Part shown: positions 47,839 through 58,264 of the stretch, one piece after another
How the letters are laid out: the number at the start of each line of letters is the position of its first letter
Numbering within the stretch: position 1 is the first letter of the stretch
Notes under the pieces: model-generated
What the model was told of the DNA's origin: nothing
The model's input: only the letters and a program-made list of their open reading frames with translations
Databases searched by the model: none
Sequence record: OP991903.1
DNA length: 64,000 nucleotides
Reading direction: 5' to 3' (one strand)
Position numbers and translations under genes: made by a program

Positions 47839-50001
47839 ATGAGCCGTTTGCCAAGTGACCGTGATATCGAATTGGACGTGATTGATGTTCTGAAGAAAGA
47901 CCGTTCAATGGTTATCGAAATGTATTTCGAAGAAGTGAGCATCGACAAGTTCACTAACCGTGAATTTGACTCGCTGATGAAGTGGGTGATTGATGCGCTG
48001 GAATACCTGTCCGACGACCGTCAGTTTGACTACAGTCGTCATCTCGCCGGTCTGGTCTTCATGAAAGCCGCCGACTTCGTGTTGAAAGACAAACGTATGT
48101 CTGACGACCTGAACGACCGCGACTACGATGACGCACGTAAGTTCGTCAAGAAAGCCGAAGACCTGCAAGACGTGCTCTCAGACGCCCGTGGTGGTCGAGG
48201 TGGCCGTGGACGCGGTCGTGACCGCGATGACCGTGACGAACGTGGTCGTCCAAGCGACCGCTTTGGTGGTGGTCAGGAACGTGACCGTAGCAGTGGTCGT
48301 GATTACGACCGCAGCGCACGTCGCTCTTCCCGTGGTGGTGAAGAACGTGAAGAATTGCGTTCTCGCTTACGTGACCGCCCATTACCAGAAGACCGTGCAC
48401 CTGCACAACCTTCTCGTGTCTCTGACCGTTACAGCCGCGCTGAAGAGCGTCCACGCTCTACCGGTAACACTGTTCTGGATAAAAACCAGGATGCACTGGC
48501 ACAGATGCGTGCGAAGTTGGCAGGTGGTGGCATCACTCAGGAAAAACCGGCTGCCTCTCAACCGGTGCCGGATTTCCCAGACCCGGCTGTTGTTAATCTA
48601 GCACCTGTCGCAGCTCGCGAACCGGAAGCCGTGAAGTTTGTCCACAACGGCCCAAGTCGTATGGGACAACCTGTTCGTGATGCTGCAACGCTGGACCCAG
48701 CTAAAGTGTTGGCGAAGACTGACCGCCCGACCCGTGCACAGTTGATTGAGCTGGGTGCAGACATCGAAAACCCGGAATTCATTGCTACGCTTCCGCGTAA
48801 GCCTTTGGACCCGAACAAACCAAACCTGCCAGTCCTGTACGACCCGACTGTAGTGCGTATGCGCTTAGTGGTGACGGAAGATGGCTATCAGGATGTCGTG
48901 TATACTGAGGTCGACATGAACTACGATGATGCGGTGATTCCTGACTTAGGTCGCCCACAGAGCTACGAGAACGAAGTTGCGCAGATTCGTGCACAGCTGA
49001 CCAAAGTAGCTTCTACTTCCCGTTTCCGTCTGAACGATATCGAAGCAGACGAAGAACATCAGCGCAAGGAACACGAGCGCGAAATGAAGGAATGGGAAGA
49101 GGCCAACGGGCAACTGCCGGAAGAAGAACGCGAACCAATGCCGACCTTCGCTCCGGAACTGCCGTCCCGTAATGGGGATACCGTCCTGTTAAACGGTACG
49201 GTCTATGGCATGGGCAAGAAAGACCTCACGGTGAAAATGTGGCAGCTGGCAACAGAGAACACCGTTATGGCGGAAGACTCTGACCCAATTACCATTCAGG
49301 GTATCACCAACGAAATGGAACTGCTGTACGTTGCGCGTACCGATGCGGAGTTCGAAGACCTGAAGCTTCAGCTGATTGACTTCACCTCCAGCAAATGGCA
49401 CGACGGCCACAGCTACCAGGAATACCACAAACGTCTGATGGACCTGAAAGGGACCATTGCTCCGGCGTTGTGGGTGGGCATCAACCGTTTGTTCACAGCT
49501 GCGGTTAACCGTGCACTGCAAGGTAACCTGGGTCTGCCATGCTGGATTGACGACTTCGGCGTGGACGGTGTGGAATTCCTCGGTCGTCTGAAAGAAGACT
49601 TCGGTGTGCAAACTGTGGAACGTCTGAACAAGTTCGCCCGTGAATTGATGCGCCAGTTCCACTGCATCGAGTTTGCGGCCGGTGAAGACAACGTTGCAGT
49701 TAATCGTGGCGTGTATCACCGTGAACGTTTCGACACCATCCTGACCAGCTTCTCTACCATGGAACTAGGTCTGATGGCTCCACGTGCTAACGGGAAACCA
49801 ACGCGTGTCGCTCGTGTAACCAAAGAAGCCTCTCCGTTGCTGTATAAAGCCATCAACGGGATGCGTCAACACGAAGGTATCGCAGAAGAACTGTTCGCTA
49901 TCCGCCGCCGTATCTTGCTGGCTGACGGTGTGGACATGGAAATCTTCGTTAGCTGGTACGACCCAAGCCTGAGCGAATACCTGGTTCGCCTGAGCAACTA
50001 A
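47839..50001 (+). CDS. conserved protein with internal RG/RD-rich disordered region
   Basis: 720 aa; GGRGGRGRGRDRDDRDERGR... between folded N- and C-terminal parts. Confidence 0.8.
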   Translation: MSRLPSDRDIELDVIDVLKKDRSMVIEMYFEEVSIDKFTNREFDSLMKWVIDALEYLSDDRQFDYSRHLAGLVFMKAADFVLKDKRMSDDLNDRDYDDARKFVKKAEDLQDVLSDARGGRGGRGRGRDRDDRDERGRPSDRFGGGQERDRSSGRDYDRSARRSSRGGEEREELRSRLRDRPLPEDRAPAQPSRVSDRYSRAEERPRSTGNTVLDKNQDALAQMRAKLAGGGITQEKPAASQPVPDFPDPAVVNLAPVAAREPEAVKFVHNGPSRMGQPVRDAATLDPAKVLAKTDRPTRAQLIELGADIENPEFIATLPRKPLDPNKPNLPVLYDPTVVRMRLVVTEDGYQDVVYTEVDMNYDDAVIPDLGRPQSYENEVAQIRAQLTKVASTSRFRLNDIEADEEHQRKEHEREMKEWEEANGQLPEEEREPMPTFAPELPSRNGDTVLLNGTVYGMGKKDLTVKMWQLATENTVMAEDSDPITIQGITNEMELLYVARTDAEFEDLKLQLIDFTSSKWHDGHSYQEYHKRLMDLKGTIAPALWVGINRLFTAAVNRALQGNLGLPCWIDDFGVDGVEFLGRLKEDFGVQTVERLNKFARELMRQFHCIEFAAGEDNVAVNRGVYHRERFDTILTSFSTMELGLMAPRANGKPTRVARVTKEASPLLYKAINGMRQHEGIAEELFAIRRRILLADGVDMEIFVSWYDPSLSEYLVRLSN

Positions 50002-50051
50002 ACCCATAGCTGGGAGGGTAACCTCCCAGCGTTATGCCATCTGGAGAGCAT

Positions 50052-50441
50052 ATGTCAAAACAGCCGGTATTACTCTCCCTGATTGATGACCCTATGGGTA
50101 AATTGCCAGGGGTGACTAACCTGCGTATCGTGCAAGCTGAACAGGAGTTTGTCAACCGCGTTAATGAGTACGTACTTAAGGGACGCACAGCCTACAAACT
50201 GATGAATGAATATCCTGCCATCTTCAACGGTATTGTAGAGCACGAACGTAAATTCAATCAGGGTCAACGTTTCGACGGGATAGTGCTGCGCAACAGGAAC
50301 ATCAACACCTGCTGCTTGTACTACCTGATGGAAAAGCTTAAAGAAGCGGGCTACGGCTTTGCCTTCTCTGAGCAAAAACGATTGAAGCCTGGGAGTGATG
50401 TCTTTATCCCAAGTTACATCATCACGTTTGATTTTAAATAA
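50052..50441 (+). CDS. hypothetical protein
   Basis: GGAG RBS then ATG 50052, 129 aa. Confidence 0.7.
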   Translation: MSKQPVLLSLIDDPMGKLPGVTNLRIVQAEQEFVNRVNEYVLKGRTAYKLMNEYPAIFNGIVEHERKFNQGQRFDGIVLRNRNINTCCLYYLMEKLKEAGYGFAFSEQKRLKPGSDVFIPSYIITFDFK

Positions 50442-50454
50442 GGGGTTGTCCACC

Positions 50455-51081
50455 ATGAGTAGAAAAAATAACAAATCTTCTCAGGGTAAAATCGACACGT
50501 CAAAAATCAGTAACGTCGTACCCTATCGCATCGCCACGGCTGAGGAAGTTACCGCACCTCGTCCTGAACCCGCATTCTTACCTAAACCTGAGAAGGAACC
50601 CGCTATGTCTGAAGTGAACCCAATCGTTGCCACTATCTTCGGTAACACGTCCGTTCCCGATTTGATGGCACAGGCCCGCGCTAACAGTTTCTTTGACTCC
50701 CCGCGTTACCTGGACTTCAAACGTTTCTATCAACAGAATCCCCAAGCGGTACTGGGCGTAGTTCGTCAGTGTTTCGATGCCTGGCGTGACAGCTCTTTCG
50801 GGATTGAAGTCGCCGTCCTGGAACAGGATAACCTGTACGTCAAAGACGCTAACCAGTACAAATCTCCGTCACGTGAGGACGACCACTCCTCGCTACTGAC
50901 CCAGGTTGCGTACACGCTCTTCGCCCGTAACGAAAAAGAACTCACCGAACTGTTAATGGATGAACCCGATGACGGTCGTGGAATTATGGAAATCGCTGAA
51001 ACCGCACTGCGCGAGCAGAACGTGGATGTGCTGGAGAACCTTCAGTTCTCTCGCTTCTGGCGTGACGTGGCGTACAGCTGA
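50455..51081 (+). CDS. hypothetical protein
   Basis: AGGGG RBS then ATG 50455 (MSRKNNK). Confidence 0.7.
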   Translation: MSRKNNKSSQGKIDTSKISNVVPYRIATAEEVTAPRPEPAFLPKPEKEPAMSEVNPIVATIFGNTSVPDLMAQARANSFFDSPRYLDFKRFYQQNPQAVLGVVRQCFDAWRDSSFGIEVAVLEQDNLYVKDANQYKSPSREDDHSSLLTQVAYTLFARNEKELTELLMDEPDDGRGIMEIAETALREQNVDVLENLQFSRFWRDVAYS

Positions 51082-51260
51082 TGTCCCCGCGCGCGTTTAG
51101 CTACGTTATGGGGAGTGGGTTCGGTGCATGGATTATCTGTGCGTTGATTATGGTTTCCATTCCTCCTGAGCGGGCAAACGTCCTGTGGCTGTTTGTCCTT
51201 ATTACGGTTGTGCCCTTGGTTGTAACGTTGATTGCGCATCGCATCTTCCGTTATCACTAA
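51081..51260 (+). CDS. small two-helix membrane protein (59 aa, below ORF-track cut-off)
   Basis: TGATG stop/start overlap; MSPRAFSYVMGSGFGAWIICALIMVSIPPERANVLWLFVLITVVPLVVTLIAHRIFRYH. Confidence 0.65.
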   Translation: MSPRAFSYVMGSGFGAWIICALIMVSIPPERANVLWLFVLITVVPLVVTLIAHRIFRYH

Positions 51261-51268
51261 GCGGCATA

Positions 51269-51296
51269 AACGCCACCGGGTTTCCCCGGTGGCGTT
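51269..51296. terminator. bidirectional terminator
   Basis: AACGCCACCGGG-TTTC-CCCGGTGGCGTT; T-tract on plus, TTTATGC on minus. Confidence 0.85.
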
Positions 51297-51315
51297 GCCT
51301 TTCTTTTTTTTTTCG

Positions 51316-54093
51316 TTATGGCGTTGGTTCCGTGTCCCCTGCTGGTTCCTGTGCAGGTTCTTCTTCTGCCGCCATGTCCGCTTCCCCGGTGGTATCGGTG
51401 TCTGTCTCATCCGGAGACTCTTCCGCATCGGTATCCCCACCGTCATCGAACTCATCCATTCCTGGTGGCTCGCTGTCGAAGTCGAACTCGTCATCCCCGC
51501 TGTCGTCACTGCTGTCAGCCGAAGATGAAGAGTCCGCACTGGCTCCTGCGCTACCAATCGCCTCGGCGTAATCCGGGTTCTTGGATTGCAGCATTTCCAG
51601 ATACTTCTCACGACGCAGTTTCACCGCTGAACCCCAATCCCCCAGGTTGTTCATGATGTTCGTCATGTGCACCATGTACTCTTTGGAGAGGTCGAGTGAC
51701 GGATTGTCCTCGGTACCTTTACGCACCAGTTCCTGCAACTCAGGTAAGATATCCTCACGCGCCATGTACTCGCGCATCATGTACGACTTAATGGAGTTCA
51801 CCATCAGGTCAACGTGAGAACTGTCTTCATCTGCCATTGCGCCGCCCAACAGTTCGTTGGTCACGTAATGACGGATACCTTCGTCAAGTAGGCCGGAGTA
51901 CTTGTTCATTTCTTCCAGCTGCGTCTGGTACTTGGTACTGGACGGCGTTGGCAATTCGAGCATGAGGTCTTCCATGAAGTCTTCAATCAGCTCTTGGTGC
52001 CGGATAACGTTACCCTGTGATTCCGTTATCTTGTACTTCTCTGGAAGCTTATCTTTAATCCCGTCGATTTCCTGCTGCAAGCGCTTAATCAATTCGCCGG
52101 ACGACAGGGTATATGCCGTGACCAGTTTCTTCCCATGGCGACACGTCGCCTGTTGGATAGTTTTGATACGCTTAGCGAACAGTTGGTTTGATGTCCAGCG
52201 GGTAATCGCGAAATCACCTTGCTGCGTCATGTCCACCATGTCAGGGGTAACGAACAGGCCCATGTACTGCTGGGTTTTCAGTTCGTTGGTAAACTCCGGG
52301 TCAATCATTTGTTTCTGCGACTGGTAAGAGTCAACCTGTACCGTGGTGTTCGGGATACGGTCGTTACCGGTCACTTCAAAGTTCACGCCCATCTGACGAA
52401 TGGTACGGAACATCTCAGCTGCCGAGGTCACGTCAGTTGGACTGGCGTTAGACTGGCCACGGAGATACTCGTCCATCAGGATATGGTAATCCTTTTCCGG
52501 GTCCGGAGAACGCGGGTCGATGTTGAGTGTAACTTTGGTACGGCCCACGGCGTTGGCAATCGCCGACATGAAGTTCGCAAACGTGGTCATGACACGCAGG
52601 GTACTGACCTGCTTCACGTCATCCAGCAGGGATTTACCCATACCGTTCTTGTCGTAGTCGTACGCGAAGTACGCGACCTGTTCGGCTGGGATGAACACCA
52701 GGTGGATGTGGTTGTTTGCGAAGTGGCGAGCCAACATCACCTTGTAGAAGGATTCGTTGTCACCGAGCTTCACGTTGTGCCCGTAGATACCCGACTTGAT
52801 ACGGTTCAGGATGTTCTCTTCGTACACCTGAGTGAAGAGACGCAAACGTTCCGCAGCGGACTGCTTGTCCATGTCGACGTTGTAACCCGACTGAAGAATC
52901 TGCGTTTGCTGAATCAACGTCGAGGTCAGGTTCATCGCCTGTTGGTTATCCAGGTTCCCCATGCCCTTCGAGATGTTTTGTTTCATCTCTTCCATGACAT
53001 CAATTGGGTGACCGTTCTCATCAATCGCCCCGATGTAACCCAGGTGTTTCTCTTCTTCCCCCGGGACATACGCCGGAACCAGGGAGTCGGAGGACCACTT
53101 CATGACCATTGGGTGACCGATTGAGGAGCGGGAAGCAGAATGTGCCGCGGACATGATTTCCACGTTCTTTACCTGACTGCGACCGTTCGTTTGTTTGTAC
53201 AACGTTCCTGCTAACGTACGGATTTGTGCCTGGTTACTTTCCGTAGCGACCGACCGGTTCGCCTGATACAACCGCGCCATCTGAGCATTACGCAACATGC
53301 GGGCACGTGTGCGCTCTTTTAGTATGGGAACCGTCAGGATTTCGATATTGTCGGTGATGGTAGCCATGCTGTTGAAGCGCGTGTTCGTGGCGGACGCCTG
53401 GATAGTAAAGGCGGACTCCAGTGACACTTTCTTCTGCGCAGCGTGGGCATCAAACGGAATACGTTTATTGTCTTTCCAGCCAGCCATTACCGGACCCAGG
53501 AAACCTTGGGGACGGAACGTCAGGCGGTCAGCGTCCAGACGGGAGTTAATATAGTCTTCGGTGCTGACGCGCTGAGTGGTTCCGTTAATCATGTCGTCGA
53601 CCGCGGCTTCGGGAACCACCACGCGGATGGAGGCACCTTGGTCGAAGAGCGCTTCGCCGACGGCCAACGGTAACACTTCGTTGAGGTCGTAGTAACTGGT
53701 GAAGTGCGAACGGATGACTTCCAGCAACGGGTTATAGACCACCCCTGGGAGTTCCGTGGATTCCGCCATTTTAAAGGTTACGCCGCCGGAGTCCATGTCA
53801 ATCGGTGACATGACGATGGAGGTAATCAGGCTTTTAATCAGCTTGATGTCCGGCTGCAAGTTCATGATAGTTTCGGCGTCAAGGTTCTTCCGCCCGCGGC
53901 GGTTGATGATGACGTCAAAGATGCTTTCGTTCGGTACGTCGACACCGTGGCCAGGTTTGTTCTGTCCGCTGTAGCGGTCAGCAATCATTTTGGAGGCGAC
54001 GACAGCTGCGCGCGGGTTACGGTGGAAGAAGTCGGTGTTCTGACTTTTTACCCGTACCGACGTTGGCGCAACTTTATTTTTCTTGTAGCCCAT
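51316..54093 (-). CDS. portal protein (phiKZ gp129-like)
   Basis: 925 aa, divergent from the baseplate gene; STE/SLE/ATE candidate cleavage sites; acidic C-tail; synteny downstream of MCP and nvRNAP. Confidence 0.75.
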   Translation of the reverse strand: MGYKKNKVAPTSVRVKSQNTDFFHRNPRAAVVASKMIADRYSGQNKPGHGVDVPNESIFDVIINRRGRKNLDAETIMNLQPDIKLIKSLITSIVMSPIDMDSGGVTFKMAESTELPGVVYNPLLEVIRSHFTSYYDLNEVLPLAVGEALFDQGASIRVVVPEAAVDDMINGTTQRVSTEDYINSRLDADRLTFRPQGFLGPVMAGWKDNKRIPFDAHAAQKKVSLESAFTIQASATNTRFNSMATITDNIEILTVPILKERTRARMLRNAQMARLYQANRSVATESNQAQIRTLAGTLYKQTNGRSQVKNVEIMSAAHSASRSSIGHPMVMKWSSDSLVPAYVPGEEEKHLGYIGAIDENGHPIDVMEEMKQNISKGMGNLDNQQAMNLTSTLIQQTQILQSGYNVDMDKQSAAERLRLFTQVYEENILNRIKSGIYGHNVKLGDNESFYKVMLARHFANNHIHLVFIPAEQVAYFAYDYDKNGMGKSLLDDVKQVSTLRVMTTFANFMSAIANAVGRTKVTLNIDPRSPDPEKDYHILMDEYLRGQSNASPTDVTSAAEMFRTIRQMGVNFEVTGNDRIPNTTVQVDSYQSQKQMIDPEFTNELKTQQYMGLFVTPDMVDMTQQGDFAITRWTSNQLFAKRIKTIQQATCRHGKKLVTAYTLSSGELIKRLQQEIDGIKDKLPEKYKITESQGNVIRHQELIEDFMEDLMLELPTPSSTKYQTQLEEMNKYSGLLDEGIRHYVTNELLGGAMADEDSSHVDLMVNSIKSYMMREYMAREDILPELQELVRKGTEDNPSLDLSKEYMVHMTNIMNNLGDWGSAVKLRREKYLEMLQSKNPDYAEAIGSAGASADSSSSADSSDDSGDDEFDFDSEPPGMDEFDDGGDTDAEESPDETDTDTTGEADMAAEEEPAQEPAGDTEPTP

Positions 54094-54134
54094 ACTGGTC
54101 CTCTTTCTCTTTAACCGCTTTTCAGGAGTCGGCC

Positions 54135-56378
54135 ATGGCAGACACCACTCAAGTGCTATATCGGAGTAATGTTCTCCAGTTAGCGCGTTCGATAACGCTC
54201 AAGTTCGCGGCCAACTCCGACGCGCAGAACAAATCGTACTTAGAACTCAAAGGTGTTGACTTTTCGGAACTTCCGCTCAATCAACAGCCCTACTATAAAC
54301 ATTTGGCGGGACAATACGTTGACGGTATAGACGAGGTGATGACTGTCGTCTCCCTCGATACGCTGGAGGAAATCCCGTTCACATATGATAGCCTTCAGGT
54401 ACACCGCGCCACGGCGAAGGCCTACAGCATTGATTCCGACTACCACCGTGCCTTGATGGAGCGCTACCCGGACCAGAAAGATTTGATTCGCGGGATTATC
54501 AATCCGGTGGATATCAATGTGGCGGTAGCAGCCGATGACTTCTCCATCCTTGCCTGGGACACCAGTTTGGTGGAGTCACAAGAATCTAACCTGATGTTCG
54601 AACTCCAGAAGTGGGTAAAGGGGTTCGCGACCCGGTGGTGGATGTCGCGCATTGGTTTCAACCAAAGCATGTACCCGGCGTCCTTCTGGATAACGTTGTT
54701 CATGCAGATGGGTCCCGCAATACTCAACATCCGGTTGGCCAACTGCGGTACCCGTTTCGTGCACAGTTACCACATCTGGGCGTACCTCGGTTCCCACGGC
54801 AGGTTGCACCTTTATAAGGACTACCTGACCACCAAGCAGGCGTTACATTTATACCGTAACATTGCGTGGTACGAGAATAACGCCGGGAAGTCGGAAACGT
54901 TCAAGGAGTTGATTACCAACATCCTGACGGAACGCAATATCCCGCTGGCGGCTTACGAACTTTGGCAGAACGCGGCAAACATTCCGTCGGAGATTCTCCC
55001 GGAAATGGAAGTGGCGAAGATTCCACTGAACAGTTTGGCTGCGTCTGCAACCGGGGTCGAGAAAACCACCATTGCGGCTGTACTCCGTGCCCAGGTCCCC
55101 ATGGCGCGTGACAACAGTGATTACCTGGAAGCTCAGCTGTCTGATGTCCCGGTCCGTGCCAGCTCCACCTACGTGTCAACACTGCCGACCAAGGTCGTGA
55201 AGTCCGAGATGATTGACAATACGGATTCCACGCCTGTGAAGCTCGTAGAGACCATCTACAACGAATGGGTGTGGTTGGTTACCCAAGACCGCTACATCGC
55301 CACTGTGGCGCTGGAGAACCCCTTAACGCAGACGTCTATCACGTTAACGGCTAAGCAGGCGTTGGTGTTGTGGACTTACTTCCTGTTGAAGGAGTACGAG
55401 CTACCTACGGACGTGATTCCAACGGTTCTCTGTCAGGGTGTCATGCGGGTGATGGCTCCGAAGTACACCGAGTTGGTTGCTGATACTGACATGACGGTCT
55501 TGACCCCGACGATGGTAATGTTGGCGTTAACAGAACACACCCCGGTTGGGAAGATTATCTCGACGGAAGAGTTCTACAAGACGATGGTACAGATTCACGG
55601 AAACCGGTTAGCGCATCGGGTCTTGTACTCGACGCAGGAAGACCCGGTTCGTCGCGGTTACCTGGAACGGTTGACGCAACAGTTCTACTTCGACACCCGT
55701 GTGGCGATTGTGGATGACCCAACCAAAACGTACGACCAGTGGTTGGCGGAAAACCAGCTGGACTTCTCCAATTTCAAAACCGCAGACTTTGCGGCGATTG
55801 GGGAGACGTTGTTTGCTCTGGTTACCGGGATGAGTCTGAAACACGTGGCGTCCTTGAAAGAGATTCAAGCGGCGATGCTCGGGATTGTCAGTCAGTTGTC
55901 CTCGTACAGTATCCAGTTCCTGAAAGAAATCAACGACGGCCCGTACATGGTTCCTGACCGGTTAGCGATGCGCTTCAATGTGAAGAGCGAAGAAAGCTGG
56001 CAGCACCTGTACCTTGACAACTCCGTTCGGTTCTTTGAAGAGACCAACGAGCACACGTCGATGCGCATTGAACTCCCTATTGCCAACAGTCCACTGCTGA
56101 GCAACATCGGGATGAAGTCGCACCTCAATGTGCGGATTGGTGGCGGTACCGGTATTAAGGTGTCCCCTATCTCGGAAACCCGTCATCGGATGTACATGCC
56201 GGGAGTACGGTTTAATCTGGTGCTCGACCCAACCATCCCGGACGTCATGGACCGCCATCGTCTAAACGGGTTAAAGGTTTATCCGGCCACCGGCGAAGAG
56301 CCAAACTTCGTGGTAGACAACACCCGTTTAACCGGCCTCAAACTAATTAAAGTCACCGACACCGGTGATGACGACTAA
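54135..56378 (+). CDS. virion structural (baseplate wedge-like) protein (phiKZ gp128-like)
   Basis: AGGAG RBS, ATG 54135; YLGSHG...LYRNIAW.ENNAGK motif; synteny. Confidence 0.6.
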   Translation: MADTTQVLYRSNVLQLARSITLKFAANSDAQNKSYLELKGVDFSELPLNQQPYYKHLAGQYVDGIDEVMTVVSLDTLEEIPFTYDSLQVHRATAKAYSIDSDYHRALMERYPDQKDLIRGIINPVDINVAVAADDFSILAWDTSLVESQESNLMFELQKWVKGFATRWWMSRIGFNQSMYPASFWITLFMQMGPAILNIRLANCGTRFVHSYHIWAYLGSHGRLHLYKDYLTTKQALHLYRNIAWYENNAGKSETFKELITNILTERNIPLAAYELWQNAANIPSEILPEMEVAKIPLNSLAASATGVEKTTIAAVLRAQVPMARDNSDYLEAQLSDVPVRASSTYVSTLPTKVVKSEMIDNTDSTPVKLVETIYNEWVWLVTQDRYIATVALENPLTQTSITLTAKQALVLWTYFLLKEYELPTDVIPTVLCQGVMRVMAPKYTELVADTDMTVLTPTMVMLALTEHTPVGKIISTEEFYKTMVQIHGNRLAHRVLYSTQEDPVRRGYLERLTQQFYFDTRVAIVDDPTKTYDQWLAENQLDFSNFKTADFAAIGETLFALVTGMSLKHVASLKEIQAAMLGIVSQLSSYSIQFLKEINDGPYMVPDRLAMRFNVKSEESWQHLYLDNSVRFFEETNEHTSMRIELPIANSPLLSNIGMKSHLNVRIGGGTGIKVSPISETRHRMYMPGVRFNLVLDPTIPDVMDRHRLNGLKVYPATGEEPNFVVDNTRLTGLKLIKVTDTGDDD

Positions 56379-56395
56379 CTAAATGGAGTCAAACG

Positions 56396-57244
56396 ATGAC
56401 TGCCGATGGCTACTACAATCTACCCACGTGGCAACTCTTTTTCCGCCAGTTGAAGTTGGATAACCCCAACATTAACTTCACCGCTGAAGAAGTGAAGCTG
56501 ATTGATATCACACCGTTCATTACCTCCGATACGGAAGTGAATACCAAGTCCACTTTGATTGGTGTTCCGGAGTACGGGCGTGAAGGTACCTGGGAACTGA
56601 CCCACAACCGTCCTGACATCGGCGTCATCTTTGCCGACGTTGAGGTTTGGGTGGCACCGCAAGGGCAAACCCAGAAGTCTGAACTGTTATCGGACATCAA
56701 TGCACGCTTTGGGTTCCAGTTAACGGCCGCTGACATCTACGACGGTTACCTGAATCCGCAGCTGGTGCCATACGCCGTTGACCTCGTGGTGCGTGAGAAC
56801 AACCCGGCGTTTACCGGGAAGCTCACCGTACATATCGGTCGCCGTAAGCTCCAGTTGGAAACCGTGATGACAAACCATCAGCTGGCCGGGATTAACTACC
56901 CAACCATGCAGACGGTGAAGATTCAAGGTCCGTTGTTCCTGTACGGGTTCGACTTCTCGTACGCCTACGATGAACTGCAAGCCTTGTTCCCACAAGGACA
57001 GGAAATCATCGGGGAAACGCTGGACTCCTTTAACCGCAAGGTGGAAACGCCATGGGTTAATGAGGTAACACCACAGGACTGGAACCTGCGTGGTTCACTG
57101 GTAACGTGGAACGGTCTGATTAGCGGAGCCCCGGTTCCAGCGAACAGTACCTGGTACACGCACTGTGTAGTTATCAGTCTTGACGAGAACATGTGCGACA
57201 ACGTTGCCGGGTATCTGGTGTTGCATTACAACTTGCCGTCATAG
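56396..57244 (+). CDS. virion structural protein
   Basis: 282 aa, GGAG RBS, baseplate operon. Confidence 0.55.
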   Translation: MTADGYYNLPTWQLFFRQLKLDNPNINFTAEEVKLIDITPFITSDTEVNTKSTLIGVPEYGREGTWELTHNRPDIGVIFADVEVWVAPQGQTQKSELLSDINARFGFQLTAADIYDGYLNPQLVPYAVDLVVRENNPAFTGKLTVHIGRRKLQLETVMTNHQLAGINYPTMQTVKIQGPLFLYGFDFSYAYDELQALFPQGQEIIGETLDSFNRKVETPWVNEVTPQDWNLRGSLVTWNGLISGAPVPANSTWYTHCVVISLDENMCDNVAGYLVLHYNLPS

Positions 57245-57253
57245 CCCTAAGAG

Positions 57254-57285
57254 CCGGTGGGAGAGCATCCCACCGGTTTCTTATG
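57254..57285 (+). terminator. hairpin followed by TTTCTTATG
   Basis: CCGGTGGGA-GAGCA-TCCCACCGG; TATG at 57282-57285 may be a late promoter. Confidence 0.7.
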
Positions 57286-57322
57286 TGTCTACCCTTTAAT
57301 AAGCAACCCGGAGAATACTCTG

Positions 57323-58252
57323 ATGGCCGTTAAGATTAGTCCGGTAACCCGGACGGCGATTGGCAGCTTGCTGCAAGATAACTTGCTGGCTGGGAAACAA
57401 CAACCCCTGTTGGCCGGTACGACCCTCAACGAATTGCTCCAGATTCAGCAGAACGCGATTCTGGGCCAGGGTGAAAATCCTCGTTTTGGTTACTACGCGA
57501 TTGGTAACAAAGGTCACACCTCGAGCATTGTCGACGGGACCGATACCATCATCGACCTGTACAAACATGCGCCCGAAGATTGTGCGTGCTGGAATCATAT
57601 CCCGTTTGTGCTGCGCGAAGAAGCCAACGACCTGTCGGCTGACCTGCGTCTGAACTACGGCCTGCGCCGCAGCGAGCAGCACAACGGCAAGAACTACTTC
57701 GCGTATTACCTGAAGCGTATTGACCTTTCCGGTACATCCGCCAAAGTCATGCACACCACGGTAGTCAACGGCGTTAGCAACACCGAAGAGTACGAGTTCA
57801 GTAATGCGAACCTGAACCCGGTGCGCCCGGTGGTGTTACCGGATGAAGCCACGACGACGGCTAACGACTTCCTGTCCACTACCATGCCAGTGACCATCGC
57901 CTTCGACCTGTTCGACGTGAACGAGCTGTTCAACGTGGCGGCGGTGCTGTGGAACAATGAGAAGCGCGCTATCATCTCTGAGCTGGCGTTCTGCTCCGGT
58001 GTTGACCGTAACATCCAAAGCGTTGGGGCCGGTGGTGCTGCCATCAACTTTAAAGAAGTCATCGGTTGCCAGGTGATTACGCACGTGACCACCTACAAAC
58101 AGCTGTCCATCGACAACGAAGGCTTCAACATCAACATGGAAGTCGGTGCGACCGAACCGATGTTGACGGGTTCTGCGCTGTCCGCTGGAGCCAACAACGA
58201 CCTGTTAGCGATGGCACGTTCTTCCCTGCTCTCTAACATCACCGTCAGCTAA
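57323..58252 (+). CDS. putative baseplate protein (phiKZ gp139-like)
   Basis: ATG 57323 with GGAG RBS; YYAIGNKGH, HIPFVLR, YFAYYLKRID, AIISELAFCSGVD. Confidence 0.55.
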   Translation: MAVKISPVTRTAIGSLLQDNLLAGKQQPLLAGTTLNELLQIQQNAILGQGENPRFGYYAIGNKGHTSSIVDGTDTIIDLYKHAPEDCACWNHIPFVLREEANDLSADLRLNYGLRRSEQHNGKNYFAYYLKRIDLSGTSAKVMHTTVVNGVSNTEEYEFSNANLNPVRPVVLPDEATTTANDFLSTTMPVTIAFDLFDVNELFNVAAVLWNNEKRAIISELAFCSGVDRNIQSVGAGGAAINFKEVIGCQVITHVTTYKQLSIDNEGFNINMEVGATEPMLTGSALSAGANNDLLAMARSSLLSNITVS

Positions 58253-58264
58253 TAAGGGGGCGTG

